Shown here: piece by piece, positions 40,169 to 50,048 of the stretch
Layout: every line of letters starts with the position of its first letter
How positions within the stretch are numbered: the stretch's first letter is position 1
Assembly: GCA_050012075.1 (NCBI GenBank)
Contig: JBEKHW010000001.1
Location: 4,766-68,765 of the forward strand
Reading direction: 5' to 3'
Source: Candidatus Omnitrophota bacterium
GTDB lineage: Bacteria; Omnitrophota; Gorgyraeia; Gygaellales; Profunditerraquicolaceae
DNA length: 64,000 bases
Notes under the pieces: model-generated
What the model saw: the letters and a program-made list of their open reading frames with translations, nothing else
Told to the model about the DNA's origin: nothing
The model's database searches: none
Made by a program: the position numbers and the translations under genes

Positions 40169-40894
40169 CTATCGGCTGACTATTGTGCCTATTTTCTCTC
40201 CCAGCACAACCCGCCTGATATTGCCTTCTTTATTAAGATTAAAAACTACGATGGGAAGATTATTATCCATGCAGAGGCTTATGGCAGTAGCATCCATAAC
40301 CTTAAGCCCTTTCTTCAGGACATCCATGTACTTCAGACGGCTGAATTTCTTTGCGTTCTTTACCCTGAGGGGATCCGCGGAATAAACACCATCCACCTTT
40401 GTCGCTTTTAAGATAGCATCGGCGCTGATTTCCATTGCGCGTAGCGCCGCCGCGGTATCAGTAGTAAAATAGGGGTTACCGGTCCCGGCGACGAATATTG
40501 CGACGCGGCCTTTCTCCAGGTGCCTTATCGCGCGTCTGCGTATATAGGGCTCGGCTATCCGTTCCATTTCGATAGCAGTCATCACGCGCGTGGGAACACC
40601 GGTTTTTTCAAGTGTGTCCTGTAAGGCCAGGCCATTAATCACTGTTGCCAGCATACCCATGTAATCGGCAACGCTCCTGTCCATATCCAGGCCGCGCGAT
40701 GCGGTGTTTTCCTGGCCGCGGAAGATATTTCCTCCTCCGAGCACCACAGCCACATCGACACCCAGCTCTTTTATTTCTTTTATTTGTCGCGAAATAGAAA
40801 AGAGTACCGCTTCATCGATACCGTGGGCTTTCTTCCCCTGAAGTGCTTCTCCGCTTAACTTCAGGACTATCCTTTTGTAGAGTGCCTGTTTCAT
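40169..40894 (-). CDS. pyrH: UMP kinase
   Basis: [24 protein letters not shown] and GNPYFTTD motifs. Confidence 0.96.
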   Translation of the reverse strand: MKQALYKRIVLKLSGEALQGKKAHGIDEAVLFSISRQIKEIKELGVDVAVVLGGGNIFRGQENTASRGLDMDRSVADYMGMLATVINGLALQDTLEKTGVPTRVMTAIEMERIAEPYIRRRAIRHLEKGRVAIFVAGTGNPYFTTDTAAALRAMEISADAILKATKVDGVYSADPLRVKNAKKFSRLKYMDVLKKGLKVMDATAISLCMDNNLPIVVFNLNKEGNIRRVVLGEKIGTIVSR

Positions 40895-40904
40895 TATTGT
40901 TCGA

Positions 40905-41429
40905 TTACTCACCGATTCTATAACGGACAAACCTGCGTATTACAATATTCTCGCCGAGTTTGGCAACTATACTGCCTAAATAATCATTTATGCTTATTGT
41001 GGGATCTTTTATAAACGGCTGCTCAAGCAGGCAATGGTTTTTATAAAAATCGTCTTTGCTTTTTTCATGCTCTACTACTTCCGCGGGGACTTCTTCCCGT
41101 TTTATGTAGAGCGGGCTTGAGGCCGTAACCTGCATGGCCACATCTTTAGTGAACCTGCAGAACTCCTCATTACGCGCTACGAAGTCAGATTCGCAATCAA
41201 CTTCAACCAGGACCCCTATTTTATTGCCCATATGCACATAGGCCTCGACCCTGCCTTCTTTAGCGGCTCTTCCCTGCTTCTTCGCGGCTATCTCAAGGCC
41301 CTGTTTACGCAACAGCTGTGCCGCTTTCTTTAAATCTCCGCCTGTCTCTTCAAGCGCTTTTTTACAATGCGCAACTGAAGCCAGGGTCATCTCTCTTAAT
41401 TCTTTTATCAATTCAACCTTTACTGCCAT
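40905..41429 (-). CDS. tsf: elongation factor Ts (short form)
   Basis: KELREMT, CKKAL, ESDFVA and LLEQPFIKD motifs. Confidence 0.95.
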   Translation of the reverse strand: MAVKVELIKELREMTLASVAHCKKALEETGGDLKKAAQLLRKQGLEIAAKKQGRAAKEGRVEAYVHMGNKIGVLVEVDCESDFVARNEEFCRFTKDVAMQVTASSPLYIKREEVPAEVVEHEKSKDDFYKNHCLLEQPFIKDPTISINDYLGSIVAKLGENIVIRRFVRYRIGE

Positions 41430-41436
41430 TTTAAGC

Positions 41437-42330
41437 TTACCCCTTCCTTTTTATTCTTGTCTTCTCTTCTGCAATTTTCTTTAAGCGGCTCTTATGAATG
41501 GCTTTTGCTTCTTCTGTCCCTCCCTCAGGCGCGACTATTTCTTCTATCTCTTTTATCTTCGCCTCTTCTTCGGGAAGAACCACTGCCGCTATTTCTTCCT
41601 TTTTGCCTTCCTCAATCTTTACCCCTTCCTGAGAAAGGTAAGAGAGGAACCGCTTCCTGCCCTCTATTATCGCATCAGCCATGAGGGAAGTTATAAGCCG
41701 TATGGATTTGGCCGCGTCGTCATTTCCCGGAATCGGATACGCTACCAGTTCAGGATTGGCATTCGTATCGATAAGGGCTATGATAGGTATGGATAGCCTG
41801 TTTGCTTCGCGCACCGCTGTCTCTTCTTTCGAAGTATCTACTATGAACGCCGCCTTTGGCATCCGCTCCATCTTGACGATACCGGAAAAGTTCTTCCTTA
41901 ACTTACCCATTTCCTTTTCAAGGCGCGCTACCTCTTTTTTGGTAAGCTTTTCGAAAGTTCCATCCTCGCGCATAGTTTCTATTTCTTTAAGGCGGTTTAT
42001 ACTTTTCTTAATAGTGGTGTAATTGGTAAGCATTCCTCCTGGCCAGCGCTCTGTGACATAAAACATCCCGCAGCGATTCGCCTCCTGGAACACTACTTCC
42101 TGCGCCTGCTTTTTGGTGCCGACGAAAAGTACACCTTCGCCCTTTGCAGAGATATCCAGCAGGAAGTCGCGCGCGCGGTTAATGCATTCCTCTGTTTTCT
42201 CAAGGTCTATGATGTAAATCCCGCTTCTTTCGCCAAAGATAAATTTCTTCATCTTGGGATTCCAGCGTTTTTTCTGGTGCCCAAAATGGACCCCAGCTTC
42301 CAGCAACTGTTTAATTAATTCTGATGGCAC
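41437..42330 (-). CDS. rpsB: 30S ribosomal protein S2
   Basis: [21 protein letters not shown] and PGNDD motifs. Confidence 0.97.
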   Translation of the reverse strand: MPSELIKQLLEAGVHFGHQKKRWNPKMKKFIFGERSGIYIIDLEKTEECINRARDFLLDISAKGEGVLFVGTKKQAQEVVFQEANRCGMFYVTERWPGGMLTNYTTIKKSINRLKEIETMREDGTFEKLTKKEVARLEKEMGKLRKNFSGIVKMERMPKAAFIVDTSKEETAVREANRLSIPIIALIDTNANPELVAYPIPGNDDAAKSIRLITSLMADAIIEGRKRFLSYLSQEGVKIEEGKKEEIAAVVLPEEEAKIKEIEEIVAPEGGTEEAKAIHKSRLKKIAEEKTRIKRKG

Positions 42331-42560
42331 GTTCTTTTCCCCTTTCTTTCACCCTTCGTTACACTTCATTCGCTTGAGGGTGTTCCTCTGAACCAACAAA
42401 GTGAACTGAAGGAGCATAGCCGTTCTTTGCGCCAAAAAGTTCGCATACGCACCTGCGGCTTCCTAGCAGAACTAAGCTATTTGTTCATTGGAATTCCGGC
42501 TGTATTTCGTTTCGCGTCAGACGGAAACCGTGATTTTAGGTTATACCGAAGTGAAAAGAT

Positions 42561-42588
42561 AGTATACCAAAAATCTTCGTAATTTCAA
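42561..42588 (-). promoter_or_regulatory. rpsB promoter TTGAAA-N16-TATACT
   Basis: Near-consensus hexamers with extended -10 TG; precedes a ~220-nt leader. Confidence 0.55.
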
Positions 42589-42593
42589 TAAAA

Positions 42594-44387
42594 TTATTGC
42601 AATTCCTGAAGCTCGTAGAGCTTTTTGTACAACCCGCCATTTACCACTAAATCGCTATGCGTACCTTCCTCGGCAATTCTCCCTTTTTCCAGGACAATGA
42701 TACGATGGGCATTCCTGACAGTGGAAAGACGGTGGGCAATTACGAGGACTGTCCTGCCTTGCATCAGGGTCTCAAGTGCTTCCTGGACAATGCGTTCGGA
42801 TTCGGTATCCAATTGCGAGGTTGCTTCATCCAGGATTAAAATCGGCGGATTCTTCAATAACGCCCTCGCAATGGCAATTCTTTGCCTTTCGCCTCCGGAA
42901 AGCTTCATCCCCCTGTCGCCGATAACAGTATCGTAGCCAAGCGGAAGATGCCTGACGAATTCATGCGCGTGCGCGTTAACAGCTGCCGCCTCTATATCCT
43001 CCTGCGACGCATCCGGCCTGCCATAGGCGATATTACCTCTTATGGTATCATTAAAAAGGATCGTTTCCTGGGTAACTATTCCTATCTGACTGCGGAGCGA
43101 ATCAAATGTCACTTCCTTTATGTCTGTCCCGTCTATAAGGACCCTTCCCTTTTTCGGGTCATAAAATCTGGGAATAAGGTCTAATAGCGTGCTTTTACCG
43201 ACGCCGCTTGGGCCCACGACAGCCGATATCGTGCCTTTTTTTACTTCCAGGTCTATGCCTTTTAACACCTGATTATCCCCATGGCTAAACCAGATATCTT
43301 CAAAGACAATACTTTCCCTAAACGGCGGCAATTCCCGAGCATCACTCTTCTCTGCCACGGTGGTTACTGTGTCAAGAACTTCATAAATACGCTCGCTGGC
43401 AGCTGATGCCTGCTGCATTATTGAATTTACCTGGCTTAATTTCTTAAAGGGCTTTATAAGGGATAAAAGGGTCGCCATGAATAAGGTAAAGGCGCCGAAA
43501 GAAAGCTGTCCCCCGATAACCTGGCGTCCACTGTAATAAACGATAAAAAGCGCCATAGCCACGCCTGTTAACTCGGTAGCGCTGCCTAAAATAAGCATGC
43601 GCTTTACGGATTTCATTGCGATACGGTAATATTCATGGTTTTCTCTTGCAAACCTTGCCTTTTCCCTTTCTTCCGCAGAGAACGCCCTGACAATCCGGAC
43701 ACCTGTAAAGGTCTCAACAAGCAGAGAATTGATATCTGCCATCTTTTCCTGCGCTCTCTTGCTTAATTTACGTAAAACCTTACCCACAATCACCATAGGG
43801 ACAGCGACGATTGGCAAGACTACAATGGCAATCAATGCCAAGTGCCAGTTAATAAGGAATATCAGGAATGAATATGCGACTACTTCAAAAGACTGGTAGA
43901 TAAGGTCGGTGAGCCCATAGGAAACTGCGTTTTCAATCAGCTTGACATCATTGGTAATGCGCGATATAAGCTCGCCGCTTCTTTTTTGCGTGAAATACTC
44001 CAGGGATAACGACTGCATCTTAGCGTAAACCTTGTCGCGCACATCCCTGATTACCTTCTGCCCCACGTCAGACATGATATAGGACTGCATATATTCAAAA
44101 ACAGCCCTGATTATAAGGGCAACAGGCATAACAATCAGTATAAGATACAGGACCTTTAGGGAAGATAGCGAGTTCAGGAAATTTAACGCATCTTGTACGA
44201 ATGCAGGGAGTTTCCCGCTTGTGAATACTATCGGCTTATTGGTAAATATCCTGTCTATAACCGGCACTATGGCGCTTAGGCGGAATACGTCAAAAAAGGT
44301 AACAACAGCCATAAAAATGCCTGAAAGGAATAACTTTCCGTAATAGGCCCTTGCAAAACTGAATAATTTACGATAATCCTTTTTCAT
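42594..44387 (-). CDS. msbA: ABC exporter, MsbA-like lipid A flippase
   Basis: TM domain plus GPSGVGKS, LSGGERQR, ILDEATS and IAHRLST motifs; divergent from the lpxB operon. Confidence 0.75.
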   Translation of the reverse strand: MKKDYRKLFSFARAYYGKLFLSGIFMAVVTFFDVFRLSAIVPVIDRIFTNKPIVFTSGKLPAFVQDALNFLNSLSSLKVLYLILIVMPVALIIRAVFEYMQSYIMSDVGQKVIRDVRDKVYAKMQSLSLEYFTQKRSGELISRITNDVKLIENAVSYGLTDLIYQSFEVVAYSFLIFLINWHLALIAIVVLPIVAVPMVIVGKVLRKLSKRAQEKMADINSLLVETFTGVRIVRAFSAEEREKARFARENHEYYRIAMKSVKRMLILGSATELTGVAMALFIVYYSGRQVIGGQLSFGAFTLFMATLLSLIKPFKKLSQVNSIMQQASAASERIYEVLDTVTTVAEKSDARELPPFRESIVFEDIWFSHGDNQVLKGIDLEVKKGTISAVVGPSGVGKSTLLDLIPRFYDPKKGRVLIDGTDIKEVTFDSLRSQIGIVTQETILFNDTIRGNIAYGRPDASQEDIEAAAVNAHAHEFVRHLPLGYDTVIGDRGMKLSGGERQRIAIARALLKNPPILILDEATSQLDTESERIVQEALETLMQGRTVLVIAHRLSTVRNAHRIIVLEKGRIAEEGTHSDLVVNGGLYKKLYELQELQ

Positions 44388-44568
44388 AAAATAACTCTTT
44401 TCCTGGCTTTAATTGGATTTTTTAATATAACACAATAATTGCCTTTTGTCGAGCCTCCTTGTAACTTTTTTTACGGTTATATTGAACAATTTTGACAATT
44501 GGAGAGGCTGGCAAAAATAGGCAATATTTTAGTTGCAACAGGCCGGGCAATTTGCTATCATCTTTTTA

Positions 44569-44621
44569 CGAGCACATAAGTTACGGAGCAGGATGCGACG
44601 TAACTTATTTGTGCGAGTTAA
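44569..44621. repeat. family C hairpin
   Basis: GAGCACATAAGTTACG...CGTAACTTATTTGTGCGAGTTAA. Confidence 0.65.
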
Positions 44622-44683
44622 TCCGCCGAAGGCGGACAAAACAGGCAGAAAGTTGCGTTTCTGAAATTTTGCTTTCATCTGAT

Positions 44684-45610
44684 ATGCAAAAGGTAAAGGT
44701 TGGTGTAATAGGGGTGGGCTATCTTGGCAGTATCCATGCCCGCATTTACCGGGAACTGACCGAGTGCGAGCTTGTCGGGGTCTGCGATATTGACAATGAT
44801 AAACGGGAAGAAATCTCTCAAAAACTGGGTGTACCCGGCTACTCAAACTATGCTGATTTATTCGGGAAAGTAGATGCGGTAAGTATCGCTACTCCCACAA
44901 AAAGCCATTGCCCTATTGCCTCTAGTTTCCTGCGCCAAAAAATCCATCTCCTGGTAGAAAAACCGTTTACCACCAGCCTCAAAGAGGCGGATTCGCTCAT
45001 AAGGTTAGCCCGGAAGAACCGGCTTATACTGCAGGTAGGCCACATAGAAAGGTTCAATTCCGCCTTTAGCGCCACCCGCGATATTATAAAAAAACCCAGG
45101 TTTATCGAATGCCACCGGTTAAGCCCCTTCCCCAACCGCTCACTCGATGTAGGTGCGGTCCTTGATATCATGATCCACGATATCGATATAGTGCTTGGCC
45201 TCGTAGATTCAAAGATCAAAAGGATTGAGGCAGTGGGAGTAAATGTATTGACGGCCTTTGAAGATATAGCCAATGCCCGCATTACCTTTAAGAACGGCTG
45301 CGTGGCCAATCTTACCGCAAGCAGGGTATCGGATGAAACAATGCGTAAAATCCGCATATTCCAGGAGGATACTTATATCTCCCTGGATTATAAAGAAGCG
45401 GCGGCCGTCGCATACCGTAAAGACGCAAACCGGATCATCAAAGAAGACCTGCCCATAGAAAAAGAACAGCCTCTGCAAAAAGAGCTTAGCTCCTTCATCC
45501 ACTGCGTAGCCGCGCATGAACAACCTTTGGTTTCAGGGCCGGTAGCTCGAGAAGCCCTTGCGGTGGCATTAGAGATCCAAAAACAAATATGGCGCAAAAA
45601 AATATCCTGA
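44684..45610 (+). CDS. Gfo/Idh/MocA oxidoreductase, GnnA-like (UDP-GlcNAc 3-dehydrogenase)
   Basis: GVGYLG, VEKP, VGHIERFN and DIMIHDID motifs; overlaps the lpxB start. Confidence 0.8.
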   Translation: MQKVKVGVIGVGYLGSIHARIYRELTECELVGVCDIDNDKREEISQKLGVPGYSNYADLFGKVDAVSIATPTKSHCPIASSFLRQKIHLLVEKPFTTSLKEADSLIRLARKNRLILQVGHIERFNSAFSATRDIIKKPRFIECHRLSPFPNRSLDVGAVLDIMIHDIDIVLGLVDSKIKRIEAVGVNVLTAFEDIANARITFKNGCVANLTASRVSDETMRKIRIFQEDTYISLDYKEAAAVAYRKDANRIIKEDLPIEKEQPLQKELSSFIHCVAAHEQPLVSGPVAREALAVALEIQKQIWRKKIS

Positions 45611-46731
45611 TTATCTGCGGTGAAGCATCGGGAGAAATACATGCCGCGGGGTTAGCTGGCGCACTCAAAAAGATAGACCCTGAGATCTCCATCTCCGGCG
45701 TGGGTGGAGAGCTTCTAAGGAGTTCGGGCGCTCAAGTGTTCTATGATATAAAGGAATTGGGCGTAATGGGATTAGTCGACGTATTAAAGAAACTGCCTAA
45801 GTTCTTTGCGCTAAAGGAGCTGATCCTAAAAAAAGTCAACTCCGAAAAACCCTCCGCAATAATATTTGTGGATTTCTCGGGGTTTAATCTGCGGCTTGCC
45901 AAAGATATAAATAATAAAATACCCACTATCTATTACGTAAGCCCGCAGGTATGGGCCTCTAGGATAGGCCGCATTAAAACAATAAAAAAATACATCGGTA
46001 AACTGATTGTCCTGTTTAGCTTCGAGGAGGAATTCTACAGGAAACACCTGATACACGCTGATTGCGTAGGCCATCCCCTCCTTGACATTGTAAGCCCGAC
46101 TATGACAAAGGAGGAGTTTTTAGGGACTATGGGGCTTCTAAAAGATAAAACCACTATCGCCCTTTTACCAGGCTCACGCATACAGGAGATAGAAAAAATC
46201 CTGCCGGTAATGTTGGGGGCTGCGCGCATAATCTCCGGGGAGCGCCCGGCGCAGTTTGTGGTAGCCAAATCCCCTCTTGTGCAAATAGATATCTATAACA
46301 AACTGATGAACAGAACCAAAGGGTTGAATATAAAGATTGCGGAGGCAAAAACCTATGATTGCCTTAATATCGCGGATTTTGCCCTCGTTACCTCAGGTAC
46401 CGCCACCCTTGAAACAGCGATTATGCGCAAACCTTTCCTGGTAATTTATAAGATGAATATCCTGAATTATCTATTGTACCGGCCGCAGGTAAAAATCCCG
46501 TATATCGCCATGGTGAATATAGTGGCGGGTAATAAAATCATCCCGGAATTCGTGCAGTTTAAGGCAACAGCCTCCCGCATCGCAAGAGCAACCCTGCATT
46601 TCTTGGATAACCCTTCAGAATTAGAGGATATGAAATCACGGCTCTCCAAAGTTAACTCCCTATTAGGCAAACCCGGCGCAAGCTCCCGCGCCGCTCGAAT
46701 CATCGTCGATTTCCTCAATAATACCAAATAA
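45589..46731 (+). CDS. lpxB: lipid-A-disaccharide synthase
   Basis: GEASGE, DFSGFN, YVSPQVWA, VGHPL, LLPGSR and SGTATLE motifs. Confidence 0.95.
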   Translation: MAQKNILIICGEASGEIHAAGLAGALKKIDPEISISGVGGELLRSSGAQVFYDIKELGVMGLVDVLKKLPKFFALKELILKKVNSEKPSAIIFVDFSGFNLRLAKDINNKIPTIYYVSPQVWASRIGRIKTIKKYIGKLIVLFSFEEEFYRKHLIHADCVGHPLLDIVSPTMTKEEFLGTMGLLKDKTTIALLPGSRIQEIEKILPVMLGAARIISGERPAQFVVAKSPLVQIDIYNKLMNRTKGLNIKIAEAKTYDCLNIADFALVTSGTATLETAIMRKPFLVIYKMNILNYLLYRPQVKIPYIAMVNIVAGNKIIPEFVQFKATASRIARATLHFLDNPSELEDMKSRLSKVNSLLGKPGASSRAARIIVDFLNNTK

Positions 46732-46735
46732 TAGT

Positions 46736-46933
46736 TTCGCGGGTCCTGCCGAGGCGCGTTCTCGCAGGAACGCACGATTTTCCCCAGCGTGGAAAATCGC
46801 GCTCGGCTCCTCGGCCTCGCTCGTCCAATACAAGATTGTTTCGGGGACACCTTGCCCGCTCGGCCTGCGGACGTCCTGCTCAAATCGCGCCTCGTCACCC
46901 GCGAATGATTTCGGCTTAGCAGCCACCCGCTAA
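46736..46933. repeat. palindromic element family B, long form
   Basis: Reverse-complement homologue of 14491-14690. Confidence 0.85.
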
Positions 46934-46973
46934 TCGAGACACCAGTTAAATTAATAAAATTTATTAAGGGACT

Positions 46974-47190
46974 ATGAGCGCGCGTTGGGAAATTTTGCGG
47001 GTTTGCGGAGCGTGCATTAGAAATTTTTTGGCACAGCGTTTACTTGTAGTGTACAAGGAATTACGGCGAGCGGTGTGCGATTGTTATTCTCGTAAGACGA
47101 CACAAGAGCGAGCCGTAAGCCGCAGTACATGGCAAAAAATTTCAGCACGCGGAGCAAAACCGCAAAATCAAAGAATTTCGTGCGCGAAAA
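46974..47190. repeat. long imperfect palindrome between convergent genes
   Basis: Nested pairs: ATTTTGCGG/CCGCAAAAT, CGTGC/GCACG, GAAATTTTTTG/CAAAAAATTTC. Confidence 0.6.
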
Positions 47191-47208
47191 TCCAAGAAAA
47201 GAATTACT

Positions 47209-48315
47209 TCATGGTTTTTCCGGAACGAATAGCTCTGCCATAGCAATCCGTTCGTCTATGGGCGGGTGGTCGAAAAAGTAGAATTTAATTAGGGGGTTAG
47301 GATTCCTGTCAGCGAGGTTTTGTTTGGCGAGCTTATCCATCATAGAAATAAAGGCGTCTTTTGAACCGGTAACCTCTAGCGCCATTTTATCGGCGTTTCT
47401 TTCCAGGGCGCGGCTTACGTAATTCTCAAAGGGCTGCATAATCATCCCAAACAAGACAAAATAGATAAGCAGTAACGGTAAAGCAGCTATTTCTGATAAA
47501 GAAGAAAAACCGAATATCCCCAGGATATAAGCGCTGGTTTTAAATATGAAATAAAAGACAAGTATTGTCGCCGCGGAATTTATGAATATTAACTTAAGAA
47601 GGTGCCTTAAGCGGTAATGCGCGAATTCATGGGCAAGTATTACCTCTATTTCGTCATAGCTATACTTATCCTTTAGGGTATCAGCTAAAATCACACGCCT
47701 GGTGCTACCCGTGCCCACGAACGCGGCGTTTGCCTTGAGTGTCTTCTTACTGAAATCTATCTCAAATACATCCAGGATCTTGACTTTCATCTTTGCGGCT
47801 AGGGCGATAACCCGCTCTCTCAGCGTATCGTCGGTAAGTTTTTTATACTTGAAGAACAGGGGTATTATCACTACCGGCAGGAGCTTGGCCAGGATGAGGC
47901 TGAAAAATATCCAGAACAGGGAAATAATCACCCACCAATAATTACCAAAAGTTTTTAAGATATAATAAAAGGCGTAAATAAGAATAAGGCCTATGATATA
48001 AGAGATTATCCCGGACTTAAGCTGGTCGGAAAGCCAATCCCGCAAATTCTGATTTGATAGGGAGAATTTATGCTCCAGTATGTAGGAGTGGTAAAAGCTT
48101 AAAGGGAAACTGAGGATATAATAAACAACTGAAGCGATAAGGACATACAGGAAAGTAATTATATAGGCATTGGCGTTAAATTTAAATAACCCAAGCGCCA
48201 GATTTCTTGAGAAACCTGATAGCAGGAATATAAAAATAATGAGCAGGAGATACGCCGTCTCCAGGATATCCAACGTATACTTAAGGGAGGAATATTTCTT
48301 GGCCGGGTCCCTCAT
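47209..48315 (-). CDS. M48 family (Ste24-like) zinc metallopeptidase
   Basis: Multi-TM; NAAFVG, HEFAH, ERNAD and HPPIDERI motifs. Confidence 0.9.
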   Translation of the reverse strand: MRDPAKKYSSLKYTLDILETAYLLLIIFIFLLSGFSRNLALGLFKFNANAYIITFLYVLIASVVYYILSFPLSFYHSYILEHKFSLSNQNLRDWLSDQLKSGIISYIIGLILIYAFYYILKTFGNYWWVIISLFWIFFSLILAKLLPVVIIPLFFKYKKLTDDTLRERVIALAAKMKVKILDVFEIDFSKKTLKANAAFVGTGSTRRVILADTLKDKYSYDEIEVILAHEFAHYRLRHLLKLIFINSAATILVFYFIFKTSAYILGIFGFSSLSEIAALPLLLIYFVLFGMIMQPFENYVSRALERNADKMALEVTGSKDAFISMMDKLAKQNLADRNPNPLIKFYFFDHPPIDERIAMAELFVPEKP

Positions 48316-48334
48316 GCCTTATTCTCTTTACGGA

Positions 48335-48571
48335 TCAGGTTTTAGCCGGTTTGATATTAATGAAGGTGCGGAATTTACCGTGATTGGTTTTCTTGTGGCT
48401 AAAATAAACTTCGCCGTTACATAAAGCAAAAAGGGTGCCCTGCCCCTTAACATTTATGCCTGCCTTATACACGGCTACGCCCCTTACCAGGATTTGACCT
48501 GTTTTAACGGGCTGCCCATTTGAAACCTTAAGCATTTTGTCTTTCTTCGGTGTTGAGAATCCGCCTGTCAT
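48335..48571 (-). CDS. rpmA: divergent 50S ribosomal protein L27 (bL27)-like protein
   Basis: GQxVKTGQILVR, GINV and TLFALCNGEVYF core; atypical N-terminus. Confidence 0.7.
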   Translation of the reverse strand: MTGGFSTPKKDKMLKVSNGQPVKTGQILVRGVAVYKAGINVKGQGTLFALCNGEVYFSHKKTNHGKFRTFINIKPAKT

Positions 48572-48592
48572 ATTAACCTCCGCTTAGCTAGT

Positions 48593-48648
48593 TAAATAAA
48601 CAATACCCCTGGTGCCTATTGTTTATTTACGCCGCGCTATGCGCGGCG
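48593..48648. repeat. two-hairpin family A element
   Basis: TAAATAAACAATA/TATTGTTTATTTA stem followed by CGCCGCGC-TAT-GCGCGGCG. Confidence 0.75.
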
Positions 48649-50043
48649 TTAGTTAATTATTACTTCTTCGTCTTTATAAGGTAAGTACGCCTCGATATTC
48701 TTTTCCTTAAGCGCATCCCGAAGCGCCTCTGACTGGTCCTGGTCTCCGTGGACGAGGAACACTTTTTTTAGAGGGAGGCAGGCAGAAATGAAATTTATCA
48801 GGTCATTTTTATCGGCATGCCCAGAGAATGAGTTTATTACCTCTACTTCTGCGTTTAATTCATACTCCACTCCGAATATGCGCACAAAAGGAAACTTTTC
48901 CACGATCCTTTTACCGAGGGTATCCTGCGCCATATATCCTACCACGAGGATCGTGTTGCGGGAATCCTCAATATTATTCTGCAGGTGATGCAAGATCCTG
49001 CCGGATTCGCACATGCCGCTTCCGGCGATGATAATCATCGGCCGCTTGTCATTATTCAGTGCCTTTGACTCTTCTTTGTCGCGTATGTACCTTAAATTCA
49101 GGAAATTAAACGGGCTATCGCCGCTGTTAATTGCCTGCGATATCTTCTTCTTCATATAGCCTGAGTGATGCTCAAAGGCATCTGTAATAGCGGTGGCCAA
49201 GGGGCTATCCACATATACAGGGACTACGGGAATGGCTTTTTCCTTAATCAGCTCGCTTAAGAAATAAACCACCTCCTGCGTCCTCTCCAAGGTAAACGAT
49301 GGAATAAGTATTTTGCCTTTGCGCGCGACCGTGCGATTGATCACCTCTTTTAACTTGGTTTTTGCTTCTTCTATAGGCGCGTGCAGCCTTCCTCCATAAG
49401 TACTTTCAATAATCAGGTAATCCAGGCCTTTTAACTTTGCCGGGTCATTGAGTAAAGGCAACCCCTTCCTGCCAAGGTCCACCGCATAACCGATTCTTGA
49501 CATACCGCTGTCCTCCTTTATATCCAACACGATAATTGCGGAACCCAGGATATGTCCGGCGTCATACAGAGTAACCCAGGTATCCTTGGTCAGACATAGT
49601 TTCTGCCCATAGGATATAGGACGGATCTTTTTTGCGGCCTTACTTGCTTCTTGACTGGTATAAAGGGGTTTTCTTAATCCAAGCCCCAGCCTCTTATTAA
49701 TTTTATTTACATACTTTATATCTTCTTCCTGTATCTTTCCGGAATCTTCAAGCATAATCCTGCATAAATCCTTGGTAGCAGACGTAGCATAAATCCTGCA
49801 GCGAATGCCTTGTTTCACCAGGCTCGGCAAATTCCCGCAGTGGTCGATGTGCGCGTGGGAGAGGATAACGGCGCTAAGCAGGCGCGGGTTATAGTGAAAA
49901 GTGGTATTCACCTGATAAAACTCGTCGCGTCTGCCCTGGAATAACCCAACATCAAGCAGGATATTGGAACGGGCAGTACTTATCAAGTGGCTGGAGCCGG
50001 TAACCGTGCGTACGCCGCCCAGGAATTTTAATTTTATCGCCAT
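48649..50043 (-). CDS. MBL-fold beta-CASP ribonuclease (CPSF/YSH1-like)
   Basis: SHAHIDH, AGHILGS, ESTYG, SGMCESGRILHH, FSGHAD and LVHGD motifs. Confidence 0.9.
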   Translation of the reverse strand: MAIKLKFLGGVRTVTGSSHLISTARSNILLDVGLFQGRRDEFYQVNTTFHYNPRLLSAVILSHAHIDHCGNLPSLVKQGIRCRIYATSATKDLCRIMLEDSGKIQEEDIKYVNKINKRLGLGLRKPLYTSQEASKAAKKIRPISYGQKLCLTKDTWVTLYDAGHILGSAIIVLDIKEDSGMSRIGYAVDLGRKGLPLLNDPAKLKGLDYLIIESTYGGRLHAPIEEAKTKLKEVINRTVARKGKILIPSFTLERTQEVVYFLSELIKEKAIPVVPVYVDSPLATAITDAFEHHSGYMKKKISQAINSGDSPFNFLNLRYIRDKEESKALNNDKRPMIIIAGSGMCESGRILHHLQNNIEDSRNTILVVGYMAQDTLGKRIVEKFPFVRIFGVEYELNAEVEVINSFSGHADKNDLINFISACLPLKKVFLVHGDQDQSEALRDALKEKNIEAYLPYKDEEVIIN

Positions 50044-50048
50044 AGAAG

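Noticed and set aside
40905-41429. Short EF-Ts as a truncated gene
   Set aside because: Short-form EF-Ts is normal in many phyla and the motifs are intact.
46467-47243. ORFs 46467-46898, 46663-46926 and 46974-47243
   Set aside because: They are read-throughs of GC-rich palindromic elements with no protein-like features.
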